This document shows, one piece after another, positions 9,949 through 19,766 of a stretch of 64,000 nucleotides of DNA (positions are counted from its first letter, which is position 1; each line of letters begins with the position of its first letter). Below the pieces are notes generated by a model. That model saw only the letters and a program-made list of their open reading frames with translations. It was not told where the DNA came from and did not search any database. This stretch comes from Verrucomicrobiota bacterium (GTDB lineage Bacteria > Verrucomicrobiota > Verrucomicrobiia > Limisphaerales > Palsa-1400): assembly GCA_049510745.1 (NCBI GenBank), contig JBEKYR010000005.1, forward strand, positions 126,899 through 190,898, in the 5' to 3' direction. Made by a program: the position numbers and the translations under genes.

Positions 9949-11118
9949 ATGAACTTTGGCAATCCAACGCGAATCCGAGCGGGCATGGCCGCGACTATTT
10001 TCGCGCGCGCTTATCGGGTCGTGGGCCGCGCGGTGCTCGGGGTGACCGAGTCAGGCTCCAATTATTATTGGAACGAGTATTACCTGGAAACCGCCGGCGG
10101 CGACGAGGCCACGCTCGTTTTTGAAGAAACCGCGCGCGGCGGCGTGTGGCGCTTTTTCACGATGTTCGATCCGGAGAACCCGATCACCGCCGAGGACGCC
10201 GCCACCAAACGCCCGGGCGACCCTCTGAACCTCGACGGCACGCCTCTGTTCGTGACGCGCGTCGATCAATCCCGCGTCTTTTTCACCGAAGGCAAGATGC
10301 CCGAAGGGGTCAAAGTCGGGCAACTGGCGAAGTACTTCAACGCCGAAGCCGGCGACAGAATGATCGTGGTCAGTTGGACCGGCGACGAGGTGGAATGTTA
10401 TTCGGGCGAGAGGATCAGGAGCCGTCTGCTGGCCGGCGCGTTCAATCTTCAAGGATGGAGTTCGTCCAGTTTTGTGCTCTTGAACGGCAGGCGTGGATTC
10501 AACCGGGTTTTCCTGGTCCCTGTGTTTGTCCTGGCCTGTTTCGGTTTCGTGTTGACCAGGATTTTTTCCAACGCGCGGCCTCCAAGGCGCCCGCCCGCCG
10601 CGGCCGTTTTCAACGCGCCGGCGTTTCCGTTGCCGCTCGGCGCGACCGGCGTCTTGCAGGGAGCGCATTATCAAATCACCGGCCGGGCGCTGGTGGAATT
10701 CTCCGAGGTGGGCCTGCGCCTCCAGCGCCACCAATTCAGCCTGCGCGACGACGACGGCGCCGAAGTCCTGCTGCTGGACGATCCAAGACCGACGACGAAT
10801 TGGTTTCTCTGCGCGCCGCTGCATCCGGAGCACACGCTGACACCGCAACAGGCCGGCAACCTCGGCCGCGGCCAGGCAGTCAATCTGGACGGACGCACCG
10901 CGCGTGTGACCGAACTTTTCCGCTGCGCCATCCTCCAGTCCGAGGCCCCGGTGCCGGGCGGCCTCAAACCCGGCGATGTCTTCTACGGTTTTATCGGCCC
11001 GATGGGTTCCGACTTCCTTCTCGCCCGCTGGAACGAAAGGAGCATCACCTGGTATGCGGCGGCGCCGTTGCCCGCCTCAGCCGTCCTCGCCGCCTTCGGC
11101 CCCTCGGCGGAAAAATAG
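9949..11118 (+). CDS. DUF4178 domain membrane protein (two related domains either side of one TM helix)
   Basis: YRVVGRAV...YYWNEYYL repeated as YQITGRAL...RHQFSL, with a central hydrophobic helix. Confidence 0.65.
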   Translation: MNFGNPTRIRAGMAATIFARAYRVVGRAVLGVTESGSNYYWNEYYLETAGGDEATLVFEETARGGVWRFFTMFDPENPITAEDAATKRPGDPLNLDGTPLFVTRVDQSRVFFTEGKMPEGVKVGQLAKYFNAEAGDRMIVVSWTGDEVECYSGERIRSRLLAGAFNLQGWSSSSFVLLNGRRGFNRVFLVPVFVLACFGFVLTRIFSNARPPRRPPAAAVFNAPAFPLPLGATGVLQGAHYQITGRALVEFSEVGLRLQRHQFSLRDDDGAEVLLLDDPRPTTNWFLCAPLHPEHTLTPQQAGNLGRGQAVNLDGRTARVTELFRCAILQSEAPVPGGLKPGDVFYGFIGPMGSDFLLARWNERSITWYAAAPLPASAVLAAFGPSAEK

Positions 11119-11164
11119 TTTCAATTCTTGGTGGCGGACCCCGGGAAGTTTGGGCATATCAAAC

Positions 11165-11477
11165 CAGTTTTTGAACAATCCCCAGGCCGGGACGCCGCCG
11201 CCGCGCGCAGGCGGGATCGGTCCCTCCCGCCGGCATCTCACCGGCGGAAATCAGGCCGCGGCAACAGGCACCATTTGGTCAACAGATTGAGGGTATCGCC
11301 ATGGATTTAGGCGAATTCAAAATTGAGACTCCCCGCATTGAAGCCGGAATGCGGGGAGTCTAAATTCAAATTTCCCCTCTGTCGAGAAAAATGTGGAATC
11401 CGGGCGGGCCGAGGGCGTATCTCGGTTTTTGGACCTGCTGCGACCGTGTCCGATCCCTGCCAAAAACTGAGAGGCGC
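11165..11477. mobile_element. MITE-like non-coding element, copy 1
   Basis: Reverse-complement match to 19140-19492; ends CAGTTTTTG.../...CCAAAAACTGAGAGGCGC; 14-bp perfect hairpin at 11326-11361. Confidence 0.75.
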
Positions 11478-11553
11478 GCCGCAATTCAATCAGCGGAACG
11501 AATTCTTTGTATTTCGCTTCCCTCGCCGGCTTGTGGTAAATGTTGTCATCGGA

Positions 11554-13002
11554 ATGAAAAAAACGTCCTCAAAACGCAACTCGCCGGCGTGGGACCTCGC
11601 CATTGTGGGCGGCGGCAGCGCCGGGTATGCGGCGGCGCGCGCCGCCGCGGCGGAGGGCTTGCGCACGGTGGTGATCGAGGGCGGCGATGAGGTGGGCGGA
11701 TTGTGCATTCTGCGCGGGTGCATGCCGAGCAAGGCTTTGCTCTACGCTGCCGACGTCTTGCACCTGGCGCGTTCGGCGGGGACCTGGGGGTTGTCCGTTC
11801 GCCGGGCGGGCTTTGATTTCCGGGCGGTCATGGCGCGCAAGAAGGCCATGATCGCCGATTTCGCGCGGTCTCGACGCGAGGAATTGGCCGCGGGAAAATT
11901 CAAATTCATCCGGGCGCTGGCCCGGTTCGTCGATCCGCACACGCTGGCGCTGAGCAACGCGCGGGAAGCCGCCCCGCCCACCGTCACGGCCAAACATTTC
12001 ATCCTCTGCACCGGCTCGGTCGTGGCGCCGCCGCCCCTGCCGGCCTTGAACGGCATCGGGTTTCTGACCAGCGATGACGCGCTGTCATTGCGGCGGCTGC
12101 CGCCGTCGCTGATCGTTTTGGGCGGCGGGCCGGTCGCGGTCGAGTTGGCGCAGTTCTTCTGCCGGTTCGATGTCGAGGTCACGTTGCTTCAGCGGAGCGA
12201 GCATGTGTTGCGCGGCTTTGACGCGGATGCGGCGGTCGTCCTGGAAAAGGTGTTGCGGCGCGAGGGCGTCCAACTCTGGACCGGCACGAAATTGCTGGGC
12301 GCATTTCAACTGGGCCGGCAGAGGGGCATCGCGCTGTCGCGCCAGGGCCGACGCGGACGGGTCCTGGCGCGGCGAATCCTGCTGGCGCTGGGGCGCGCGC
12401 CAGCCACGGCGGGCCTGGGCCTGGATAAGGCCGGCGTGGAAACCGACGGCGGACGCATCCGCACCAACGCCGAAATGCAAACCAGCGCGCCCCACATCTA
12501 CGCGGCGGGCGATTGCACCGGGCCGCACGAGATTGTCCATATCGCCATCGAGCAGGGGGAGATCGCGGCCCACAACATCGCCCGGCCGCGCCGGAAACGG
12601 GCGATGGACTACCGATTGTTGACAAGCGTCGTGTTTACCGATCCCCAAGTGGCGGCGGTGGGGCTGACCGAGAAGGAAGCGCGGCGGCGCAACATTTCTT
12701 ACCTGGCCGCCAGCCACCCCTTCGCCGATCACGGCAAATCGCTCATCATGGCGGCCACGGACGGGTTTGTGAAGTTGCTGGCCGATCCGGTTTCGGGCGA
12801 AATCCTGGGCGGCGCCTGCGTCGGGCCGCTGGGCGGCGAACTGATCCACGAGATCGTCGCCGCCATGCACCAGCGCATGACGGCGGGCCAACTGGCGGCC
12901 ATGCCGCATTATCATCCGACCCTGGCGGAGATTTGGAGTTATCCGGCGGCCGAACTGGAGCGCCAGCGCCAGGCTGGCGGTCTCAAGGGCAATCAGCGAT
13001 AG
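11554..13002 (+). CDS. Class I pyridine nucleotide-disulfide oxidoreductase (dihydrolipoamide dehydrogenase/MerA-like)
   Basis: GGGSAG, GGLCILRGCMPSK redox disulfide, GGGPVAVE, HPTLAE; no C-terminal CC pair. The upstream extension in the ORF track runs through the repeat element. Confidence 0.9.
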   Translation: MKKTSSKRNSPAWDLAIVGGGSAGYAAARAAAAEGLRTVVIEGGDEVGGLCILRGCMPSKALLYAADVLHLARSAGTWGLSVRRAGFDFRAVMARKKAMIADFARSRREELAAGKFKFIRALARFVDPHTLALSNAREAAPPTVTAKHFILCTGSVVAPPPLPALNGIGFLTSDDALSLRRLPPSLIVLGGGPVAVELAQFFCRFDVEVTLLQRSEHVLRGFDADAAVVLEKVLRREGVQLWTGTKLLGAFQLGRQRGIALSRQGRRGRVLARRILLALGRAPATAGLGLDKAGVETDGGRIRTNAEMQTSAPHIYAAGDCTGPHEIVHIAIEQGEIAAHNIARPRRKRAMDYRLLTSVVFTDPQVAAVGLTEKEARRRNISYLAASHPFADHGKSLIMAATDGFVKLLADPVSGEILGGACVGPLGGELIHEIVAAMHQRMTAGQLAAMPHYHPTLAEIWSYPAAELERQRQAGGLKGNQR

Positions 13003-13084
13003 GAAAATGGCCGCCGCATTCCAGCTTGCGCCCCCGGCGGGTTGGCGGCATTTTTCTCAGTGACGTAATCTGACGGAGCCCGTT

Positions 13085-13591
13085 ATGCCGATTTACGAAT
13101 TTGCCTGTCCTCACTGCCGGAGAATTTTCAACTTTCTTTCCAAAAGGTTGCAGTCCGGGCGCGCGCCCGTCTGCCCCAAGTGCGGCCATCGAAAGATGAT
13201 CAAACAAGTCAGCGCCTTCGCCACCCCGCGCGGCCGGGCTGAGCCTGCGACCGCGACGGACGACGGGCCGGACACCGGCCCGATGCCCAACCCGGACGAT
13301 CCGCGCGTCGCCCGGGCCATGTCCGAGATGGAACGCGACATGGAGCAGATGGACGAGAACAACCCCCGGCAGATGGCGCATCTGATGAAGAAGATGAAGG
13401 ACCTCATGCCCGCGGGCGCGGTTCCCAAAGAGCTGGACGTCGCCATCAAACGGCTCGAAGCGGGCGAAGACCCGGAAAAAATCGAGGCGGACATGGGCGA
13501 TCTCCTGGGGGATTTCATGGGCGGCGAAGAGGGCGGGGGCGCCGGTGGCGGCGGCGGTTACACCCACGACAGCGGACTCTACGATTATTGA
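13085..13591 (+). CDS. FmdB-family zinc-ribbon protein
   Basis: MPIYEFACPHC...CPKCG, followed by an acidic Met-rich helical tail. Confidence 0.85.
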   Translation: MPIYEFACPHCRRIFNFLSKRLQSGRAPVCPKCGHRKMIKQVSAFATPRGRAEPATATDDGPDTGPMPNPDDPRVARAMSEMERDMEQMDENNPRQMAHLMKKMKDLMPAGAVPKELDVAIKRLEAGEDPEKIEADMGDLLGDFMGGEEGGGAGGGGGYTHDSGLYDY

Positions 13592-13678
13592 CATCTGCGC
13601 CGGGCCGTTTTGCCGCTTGCCGTTCGGAACGCACTAATCAGTTGATTTCCCGGCGGCGGCTTGATATGAAAAACGGCC

Positions 13679-14161
13679 ATGACGCGCGCTCGAATCATAT
13701 TGCTGGCTTCCATTCTGGCGGTGGCCGCGGCGGCCCTCCTGCTGCCGGCCACCCGGGACGAACTGGCCTGGCGCTGGGCGCAATCGCAGGATGAGGCGCC
13801 CAATTACATGAATTACTTCACCGAATGGCCCAAAGGACGCCACGTGATCGAGGCCAGAAACCGCTACGCTCAACGCCAGTGGGCCGCCACCAAAAGAGCC
13901 CTCATCCGTCAAGCCTACCAGCAGGCCGCCCATACCAACACCGCTCCCGGCGCCGACGCCGCCTATCGCAGGGAACAACGACTCCGGCGCGAGGTTTTTT
14001 TCTGGAAGCAGGCGGCCATCGCCAACACCCCCGAGAGTTACAAGGATTACCTGGATCAATATCCCCGCGGCAAGTTCGTCGCTCAGGCGCGCGCCCAACT
14101 CCAATCCCTCAGCCACCCCGACGACGGCGCTCAAGCGGCCACCAACGCGCCCCCGCAATAA
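13679..14161 (+). CDS. Hypothetical exported protein with two YxxYxxxYPxG-like helical repeats
   Basis: Signal or anchor helix; YMNYFTEWPKGRH and YKDYLDQYPRGKF. Confidence 0.65.
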   Translation: MTRARIILLASILAVAAAALLLPATRDELAWRWAQSQDEAPNYMNYFTEWPKGRHVIEARNRYAQRQWAATKRALIRQAYQQAAHTNTAPGADAAYRREQRLRREVFFWKQAAIANTPESYKDYLDQYPRGKFVAQARAQLQSLSHPDDGAQAATNAPPQ

Positions 14162-14194
14162 CACGCCCGTCAAGCGAGCCGTTCCCGCGGCCGC

Positions 14195-15241
14195 TCACTT
14201 CTTATCCGCCGGCGGCTGCGACCCGCCTTCGTCCAGGATTTTGACGTCGGCGGCGGCCTTGAGCTTGGCCATGTAGGCGGGCAGACCTTTTTTCACCCCC
14301 TGGCCGATCAGGTAATCGCGGATGCGCGGGGAAGCCTCGGCCAGAGTCACCTTCGAGGCGGGAAGTTTTTCCAGCAGTTTGATGATGTGGTAGCCGTACT
14401 GGGTCTCCACCAGGTCGCTGATTTGGTTGGTCTTGAGCGAGAACGCGGCCGCCTCGAATTCCGGCACCATTTTGCCGCGCGCAAAGGTGTATTCGCCCCC
14501 TTTGTTCTTTGAGCCGGGATCGTCCGAATACTGCTTGACCAGGGCGGAAAAATCCTCGCCTTTCTCGGCCCGTCCTCTCAACTCGTTGGCCAGTTTCTCC
14601 TTTTCCTTCTTCTGCTCCGGCGGCAACAGGCTGTGGGTCGCCGGATCGAGCGTGGACACCAAAATGTGGGCCGCATGCACCCGTTCGGGCACCTCGAATT
14701 CCGACGGGTGGTCGTCATAAAACTTCTTGATGTCGGCCTCCGAGATGGTGATGTCGTTGGTCGTTTCGCGCAGGATGACCTGGCGGCAAACCTGCTCGTC
14801 CAGCGCCTGCTTGCGCATTTTCTCCAGCGTCATGCCGCTGGCCTTGATCTGCGCTTCAAAGGCCGCCGGGCTGGGGGCGTTGGAGCGGGCGTCGGCGATG
14901 GCCTGATCGACCATCACTTGCGTCTTGCTTCGGTCCTCGTCGGTGGCCTTTTGCAGGAGTATTTGGTTGATAATCAGATGATCGAGCAGATTGGAGCGGA
15001 TGGTCGCCCGCTCCGACTCCTCCACCGTCCCGCCGCGGGCGGCGATGTTGGCGCTGTAATTGAGATAGGCCTCGTTGAGCTGGCTGCGCTTGATCTCGAA
15101 GCCCTTGCCGGTCGCGACAATCGCGTCGGCAAAAAGCCCGTTGGTGTTATCGGGCGCGGCGGCCCGGGCGTGGAAAACAAGCGCCAGCAGGCTCAACGCC
15201 AGCGTGGCCGGCAGCGCCGGCCCTTTTACAAAGGAGTTCAT
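14195..15241 (-). CDS. PpiC-type peptidyl-prolyl isomerase (PrsA/SurA-like)
   Basis: Signal peptide; VHAAHILV, YSDDPGSKNKGG, MVPEFEAAAF, ETQYGYHIIK. Confidence 0.92.
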   Translation of the reverse strand: MNSFVKGPALPATLALSLLALVFHARAAAPDNTNGLFADAIVATGKGFEIKRSQLNEAYLNYSANIAARGGTVEESERATIRSNLLDHLIINQILLQKATDEDRSKTQVMVDQAIADARSNAPSPAAFEAQIKASGMTLEKMRKQALDEQVCRQVILRETTNDITISEADIKKFYDDHPSEFEVPERVHAAHILVSTLDPATHSLLPPEQKKEKEKLANELRGRAEKGEDFSALVKQYSDDPGSKNKGGEYTFARGKMVPEFEAAAFSLKTNQISDLVETQYGYHIIKLLEKLPASKVTLAEASPRIRDYLIGQGVKKGLPAYMAKLKAAADVKILDEGGSQPPADKK

Positions 15242-15266
15242 TTTTATTTGTTTCTGTTGTTTGTCG

Positions 15267-16859
15267 TCACAATTTTACGACCCGCACGTGGCTGATGTCG
15301 GGGTCTTTCTCGATTTCCTCCAGCAATTCCCGCGGGGGCACGCTGTCCAGGTTCAACACCGTCAGCGCCCGCCCTCCGGCCTTGTCCCGCCCCAGGCTCA
15401 TGCTGGCAATGTTGAGATTGTGTTTGCCCATCAACGTGCCAATGTAACCCACAATCCCGGGCCGGTCTTTATTATTCATCAGGAACAAGACCCCTTCCGG
15501 CACGATCTCCACCGGCTGGCCGTTCAGGCGCACGATGCGCGGCAGGCTCCTGGCCCCAAAGACGCTCCCGCCGGCGGAAATCCTTTGCCCGCCGGAAAAC
15601 ACCGCCACGTGCAGCCACTCGTTGAAATCGGTCTCTTCGCTCGATTTGATTTCCTGCACCTCCAGGCCCAGGGACGCGGCCAGCGCCCGCACGTTGACCT
15701 GGTTGACCTCTTTGCCGCCGGCCATTTCGAGAAAACCTTTCAGCACCGCCCGCGTGATCGGATCGGTCGGCCATTGCTGGGCCTTGCCGCCGTAAGTGAT
15801 GTCGATGCGGTCGTTGCGTTTGGGCGCCAGTTGCGCCACCAAACGGCCCAGCTTTTCCCCCAGGGTCAGGAACGGCTTGACCATCTCGAAGGTCTGCGCG
15901 TCCAGGTTCGGCAGGTTGACCGCGTTGCGCACCGCCCCTGTCAAGAGAAAATCGGTGATGGCTTCGGCCACCTCGATGCCGACGTTTTCCTGCGCCTCTT
16001 CCGTGCTGGCGCCCAGGTGCGGCGTCATCACCACCTGCGGCAGGGCGCGCAAGGGGAAATCGGCCGGAGGCGGTTCGGTTTCATAGACGTCCAGCGCGGC
16101 CCCGCCCACCGTCCCGTTGAGGAGGGCGGCCTGCAAATCGGCTTCGTTGACGATGCCGCCCCGGGCGCAATTGAGAATGCGCACCCCCTTCTTCATCTTG
16201 GCAAAGGCGGCGGCGTTGACCATCCCCTTGGTTTCGTCGGTCATCGGCATGTGAACGGTGATAAAATCGGCCTGGCGGTAAACCTCCTCGACCTGTTCCT
16301 TCAAATCCACCTGCAGCGCCTTGGCGCGGGCCAGCGAGAGGTAAGGATCGTAGGCCAGCACCTTCATCCCAAAGGCCATCGCGCGTTTGGCCACTTCGCT
16401 GCCGATGCGGCCCATGCCGAGGATGCCGAGGGTCTTGTTGTAAAGCTCGGTGCCCTGGAATTCTTTCCGGCTCCATTTCCCCTCTTTCATCGACATGTGG
16501 GCCTGGGGAATCTTGCGCGCCAAAGCCATCAGCATCGAGAAAGTCAACTCGGCCGTCGAGATCGTGTTGCCGCCGGGGGTGTTCATCACCACGATGCCCC
16601 GCTGCGTGGCGGCATCGACATCGACATTGTCCACCCCCACGCCGGCGCGGCCGACGACCCGGAGGTGGGGCGCGGCGTCGATCACCTTTTTGGTGATCTT
16701 CGTTTCTGAGCGGACGACCATGGCCTGGACATCCTTGACCAGGGGCAGCAGATCGGCTTCGGGCGTCTTCTGCTTCAGCACGGTCACTTTAAATTCAGGC
16801 CGCTTCTGCAGCAGCGCGATGCCTTTCGGCGAAATCGGGTCACAGACCAAAACATTCAT
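15267..16859 (-). CDS. serA: D-3-phosphoglycerate dehydrogenase
   Basis: RAGVGVDNVD, GMGRIG, NCARGG, TPHLGAST; C-terminal ASB/ACT domains. Confidence 0.97.
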   Translation of the reverse strand: MNVLVCDPISPKGIALLQKRPEFKVTVLKQKTPEADLLPLVKDVQAMVVRSETKITKKVIDAAPHLRVVGRAGVGVDNVDVDAATQRGIVVMNTPGGNTISTAELTFSMLMALARKIPQAHMSMKEGKWSRKEFQGTELYNKTLGILGMGRIGSEVAKRAMAFGMKVLAYDPYLSLARAKALQVDLKEQVEEVYRQADFITVHMPMTDETKGMVNAAAFAKMKKGVRILNCARGGIVNEADLQAALLNGTVGGAALDVYETEPPPADFPLRALPQVVMTPHLGASTEEAQENVGIEVAEAITDFLLTGAVRNAVNLPNLDAQTFEMVKPFLTLGEKLGRLVAQLAPKRNDRIDITYGGKAQQWPTDPITRAVLKGFLEMAGGKEVNQVNVRALAASLGLEVQEIKSSEETDFNEWLHVAVFSGGQRISAGGSVFGARSLPRIVRLNGQPVEIVPEGVLFLMNNKDRPGIVGYIGTLMGKHNLNIASMSLGRDKAGGRALTVLNLDSVPPRELLEEIEKDPDISHVRVVKL

Positions 16860-16980
16860 AAAATGGAAGCGCAGTGTAGGCCATGCCCCCAGGCAGGTCA
16901 ATTAAAACAAGGGGTGGAATTTGCGGGGCTTAAACCCATGTTCCGTTTTCCGGGCTTGACCTCCTTCTCCACTATCTTAT

Positions 16981-17322
16981 TTATTTGTTCTGTGCCGCGC
17001 TCGATTGCTGCCTTTGTCTCGCCGCCAGCAAAGCAGAGGTCCAGTGTCCGTAGAACGCGGACGAAAGCGCGGCTCCGATGGCGATCCCGCCAAAAACAAA
17101 TTGAAGGCGATAGAGATAGACGGCAATCCGATTTCCGACGTAGGCACAGAAACGTTGATCGTCAAGCAAAAACGCCAGCACACCAGCGACTAGTGCGCTG
17201 ACCGCCACTATTCCTAGTGTGGGTTTCAACGGTTTGGCCTCTGGAAGCTTTGAGAAGGCAAACAACAGCAGAATCGACCCACAGATAATCGGTGTAAGGG
17301 CGCTGATTTGGTCATGGCTCAT
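16981..17322 (-). CDS. Orphan small membrane protein (about 3 TM helices), AT-richer than its neighbours
   Basis: Hydrophobic segments; GGAAAGG upstream of ATG 17322; many A/T-ending codons. Confidence 0.55.
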   Translation of the reverse strand: MSHDQISALTPIICGSILLLFAFSKLPEAKPLKPTLGIVAVSALVAGVLAFLLDDQRFCAYVGNRIAVYLYRLQFVFGGIAIGAALSSAFYGHWTSALLAARQRQQSSAAQNK

Positions 17323-17420
17323 AGCTAACCTTTCCATTTATAGAAAAACTAAAGGGGTTAAAGAGGTCATAGCAGGGGGCGCCCGGAATTCGAAATAACA
17401 TTCTGTAAGTTGCTGGCATG

Positions 17421-17619
17421 TCAACATTTTGTGTGTCCCTGTTCATGGAGCCTCCGATGGGCGGATTTCCAGGACCCCATTTCCAGCCGGCCGCAAACCC
17501 ATTTGAGGGGCATGGCCGGTTCCCGCCGCATCGCCGGATAAGACCGCTTCCCGACGCTCGCCCCGGCTCATCAAAGGATAAATCGCGTCCGCATATTGCA
17601 GATGGAGATCTCGAGCCAT
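17421..17619 (-). pseudogene. Internally deleted REP-associated tyrosine transposase (RAYT, IS200-like Y1)
   Basis: N-terminus MARDLHLQYADAIYPLMSRGERREAVL (cf. MARxLRxxYPGAxYHVMSRGxRRExIF) joined out of frame to RREPAMPLKWVCGRLEMGSWKSAHRRLHE, an HTH-like tail. The HUH core is absent. TTGACA-17-CAGGCT-6-ATG lies upstream. Confidence 0.72.
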
Positions 17620-17711
17620 GCTCGAAGCCTGCCCCCTCCCGCCCGCTCTGTCAAGCAACAATGCGGCGAGCCAAAACATCCGGGTGCAGGACAAATTTTT
17701 CGGATGGCCCA

Positions 17712-19061
17712 TTACGGCCGCGACAGGCAATAAAGACTCCGCCGCGCGCGGAGGAATAGGTCCTTGTCCACCAGCGCCAGGGAGGCGTCGGAGTGGTCCT
17801 CCCCCACTTTGTTGACCGCCAGCACCACCGGCTCCGGGCCTTTCTTGAGCACGACGCACGCCCCTTCCCGGCTCAGGATGTAAACCCGGTCCCGCGCCGC
17901 CACCGGCGACGCGAACACCCCCCTCACCCCTTCCAGCCGCTCATGCTCGAAATAAACCCGCCCGCTCGCGGCGTCGAAGCACGACACAATGGCGTCGTTG
18001 CCGGAAATCACGTAAAGAAAATTATCCGTCAATAATGGCGACGGCACGTAAGGGGTGTTTTTCCCGTGGCTCCAGACAAGGGCGTCGGTGCCGGTCAAAT
18101 CGCCCTCCCGGCCCAGGCGGATGGCCTGCAAGGCGCTGCCCCTGAAGCCGCTGGTCAAATAGACCACGCCGCGCGCGGCCACGGGGCTGGGAATGGCGTT
18201 GGCCGTTTGTCCCGAACACGACCAAAGCTCCTTGCCGGTGGCCAGATCGTAGGCGCGCACTTTCTTCGAGGCGTTGACGATGATCTGCCGCTGGCCGTTG
18301 CATTCGACAATCAGCGGCGTGGACCAGCCGGTCGCTTCGTCGCGCGGGGTCCGCCACAGTTCCTGGCCGGAGGCGGTGTCCAGCGCGGCGATGAATCCCT
18401 CGCCTTCCTGATCCCAATTGACGACGACCCGCCCGCCCCACAGAGCCGGTGAGGCGCCTTCGCCGAAACCCATCTTGGTCTTCATTTTGCCGAAATCCTT
18501 TTCCCACTTCAGGTTTCCCTCAACGTCATAACAGTGCAGCCCGCGCGAGCCAAAGAATGCCAGCAACTGGCGGCCGTCGGTCACCGGCGAGGCGGAGGCG
18601 AAGGTGTTGTTTTCCTGATGCCCCTCGTGCGGCGCCTCCTGGCGGGCGACTCGTTGCCAGAGGATTTTGCCGCTGGCGCGGTCCAGGCAGAGGACGACGA
18701 ACTGGTAAACCTCAGTCGGGGCCTGCGGCGCGGCGGGCGCGGCGGCGTTCGTCCCGCTCGCAATGGCCGTCAGAAGAAAAACGCGGCCGCCCCACACGAT
18801 GGGCGTGGAGTCGCCCTCGCCGGGGATCGTGGTTTTCCACTTGACGTTATTGGTTTCGCTCCAAGTCACCGGCGGGTCCGCCTGCGGTGCTTCACCCGTG
18901 CCGAGCGGCCCCCTCCACTGCGGCCAAAACTGTTCCGCGGCCGGGTCCGCCAAGGCGGCGGCGTTGCCCGCCAGGCAACCGCCCAGCGCCAGCGCGGCCA
19001 GCGAAAAAAACAAGGGACGTCGGACGACGGACAACAAACATGCAGGCGCGGCAGTATTCAT
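17712..19061 (-). CDS. PQQ-binding-like beta-propeller protein (BamB-like family expanded in PVC bacteria)
   Basis: WPQWRGPLGTG, WSETNNVKWKT, repeated A.D..TGK.LW blades; signal peptide. Confidence 0.9.
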   Translation of the reverse strand: MNTAAPACLLSVVRRPLFFSLAALALGGCLAGNAAALADPAAEQFWPQWRGPLGTGEAPQADPPVTWSETNNVKWKTTIPGEGDSTPIVWGGRVFLLTAIASGTNAAAPAAPQAPTEVYQFVVLCLDRASGKILWQRVARQEAPHEGHQENNTFASASPVTDGRQLLAFFGSRGLHCYDVEGNLKWEKDFGKMKTKMGFGEGASPALWGGRVVVNWDQEGEGFIAALDTASGQELWRTPRDEATGWSTPLIVECNGQRQIIVNASKKVRAYDLATGKELWSCSGQTANAIPSPVAARGVVYLTSGFRGSALQAIRLGREGDLTGTDALVWSHGKNTPYVPSPLLTDNFLYVISGNDAIVSCFDAASGRVYFEHERLEGVRGVFASPVAARDRVYILSREGACVVLKKGPEPVVLAVNKVGEDHSDASLALVDKDLFLRARRSLYCLSRP

Positions 19062-19139
19062 ATTGCAGGAAACATCATTAAGGCTTCCCCACCAATGCCC
19101 CGGAACCCGCGCGCCGGCAAGCCAATTCCGCCCGCGGGT

Positions 19140-19492
19140 GCGCATCTCCGTTTTTGGCAGGGAACGGACATGGTCACAGGAGGTCCAAAAACCGAGATCC
19201 GCCCGTCGGCCCGCCCGGATTCCAGATTTTTCTCGACAGAGGGGAAACTTGAAGTTAGACTCCCCGCATTGCGGCTTTCAATGCGGGGAGTCTCAACTTT
19301 AAATTCGCCTAAATCCATGGCGATGCCCTCACTCTGTTCACCAAATGGTGCCTGTCGCCGCGCCCTGATTTCCGCCGGGGAGATGTCCGCCGCCGCCAAG
19401 GCTTTGGCGGACCAGCCGGCGGGAGGAACCGAGCCCGCCTGCGCGCGGCGGCAGCGTCCCGGCCTGGGGATTGTCCAAAAACTGAGAGGCGC
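19140..19492. mobile_element. MITE-like non-coding element, copy 2 (inverted), with a 30-nt palindromic insert
   Basis: Terminal inverted repeats GCGCATCTCCGTTTTTGG / CCAAAAACTGAGAGGCGC; 15-bp hairpin at 19257-19293; insert 19385-19414 absent from copy 1. Confidence 0.78.
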
Positions 19493-19766
19493 CCCGCGCG
19501 CGGCCGCAAACCGGCGTCTCGAACCGGGTAATTTTTGACTTTAAATCGGGCGGCGTCCCATGTATGAAGAGGCCCGGAATACTCGACAAAGATGAAGAGT
19601 CAAGCGGAGCAGCCCCAACAGGACGCGGCCGCCGGAGAAGCAAGCCCTCCGGCCACCGCGCGGTTTGGTTTGACAGACCGGGCCGCTTGGTGCAGCCTGC
19701 TGGACATGAGTTTCCAGGCCGCAACCCGTTGCCGGTTTCCGTCGATTGCGTGATTAATGCCCGTCT

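Noticed and set aside
11323..11553. 77-aa N-terminal extension of the oxidoreductase in the ORF track
   Set aside because: It runs through the MITE-like repeat; the FAD-binding motif begins just after ATG 11554.
11554..13002. Mercuric reductase (merA) call
   Set aside because: No C-terminal Cys-Cys pair, no NmerA domain and no mer genes nearby.
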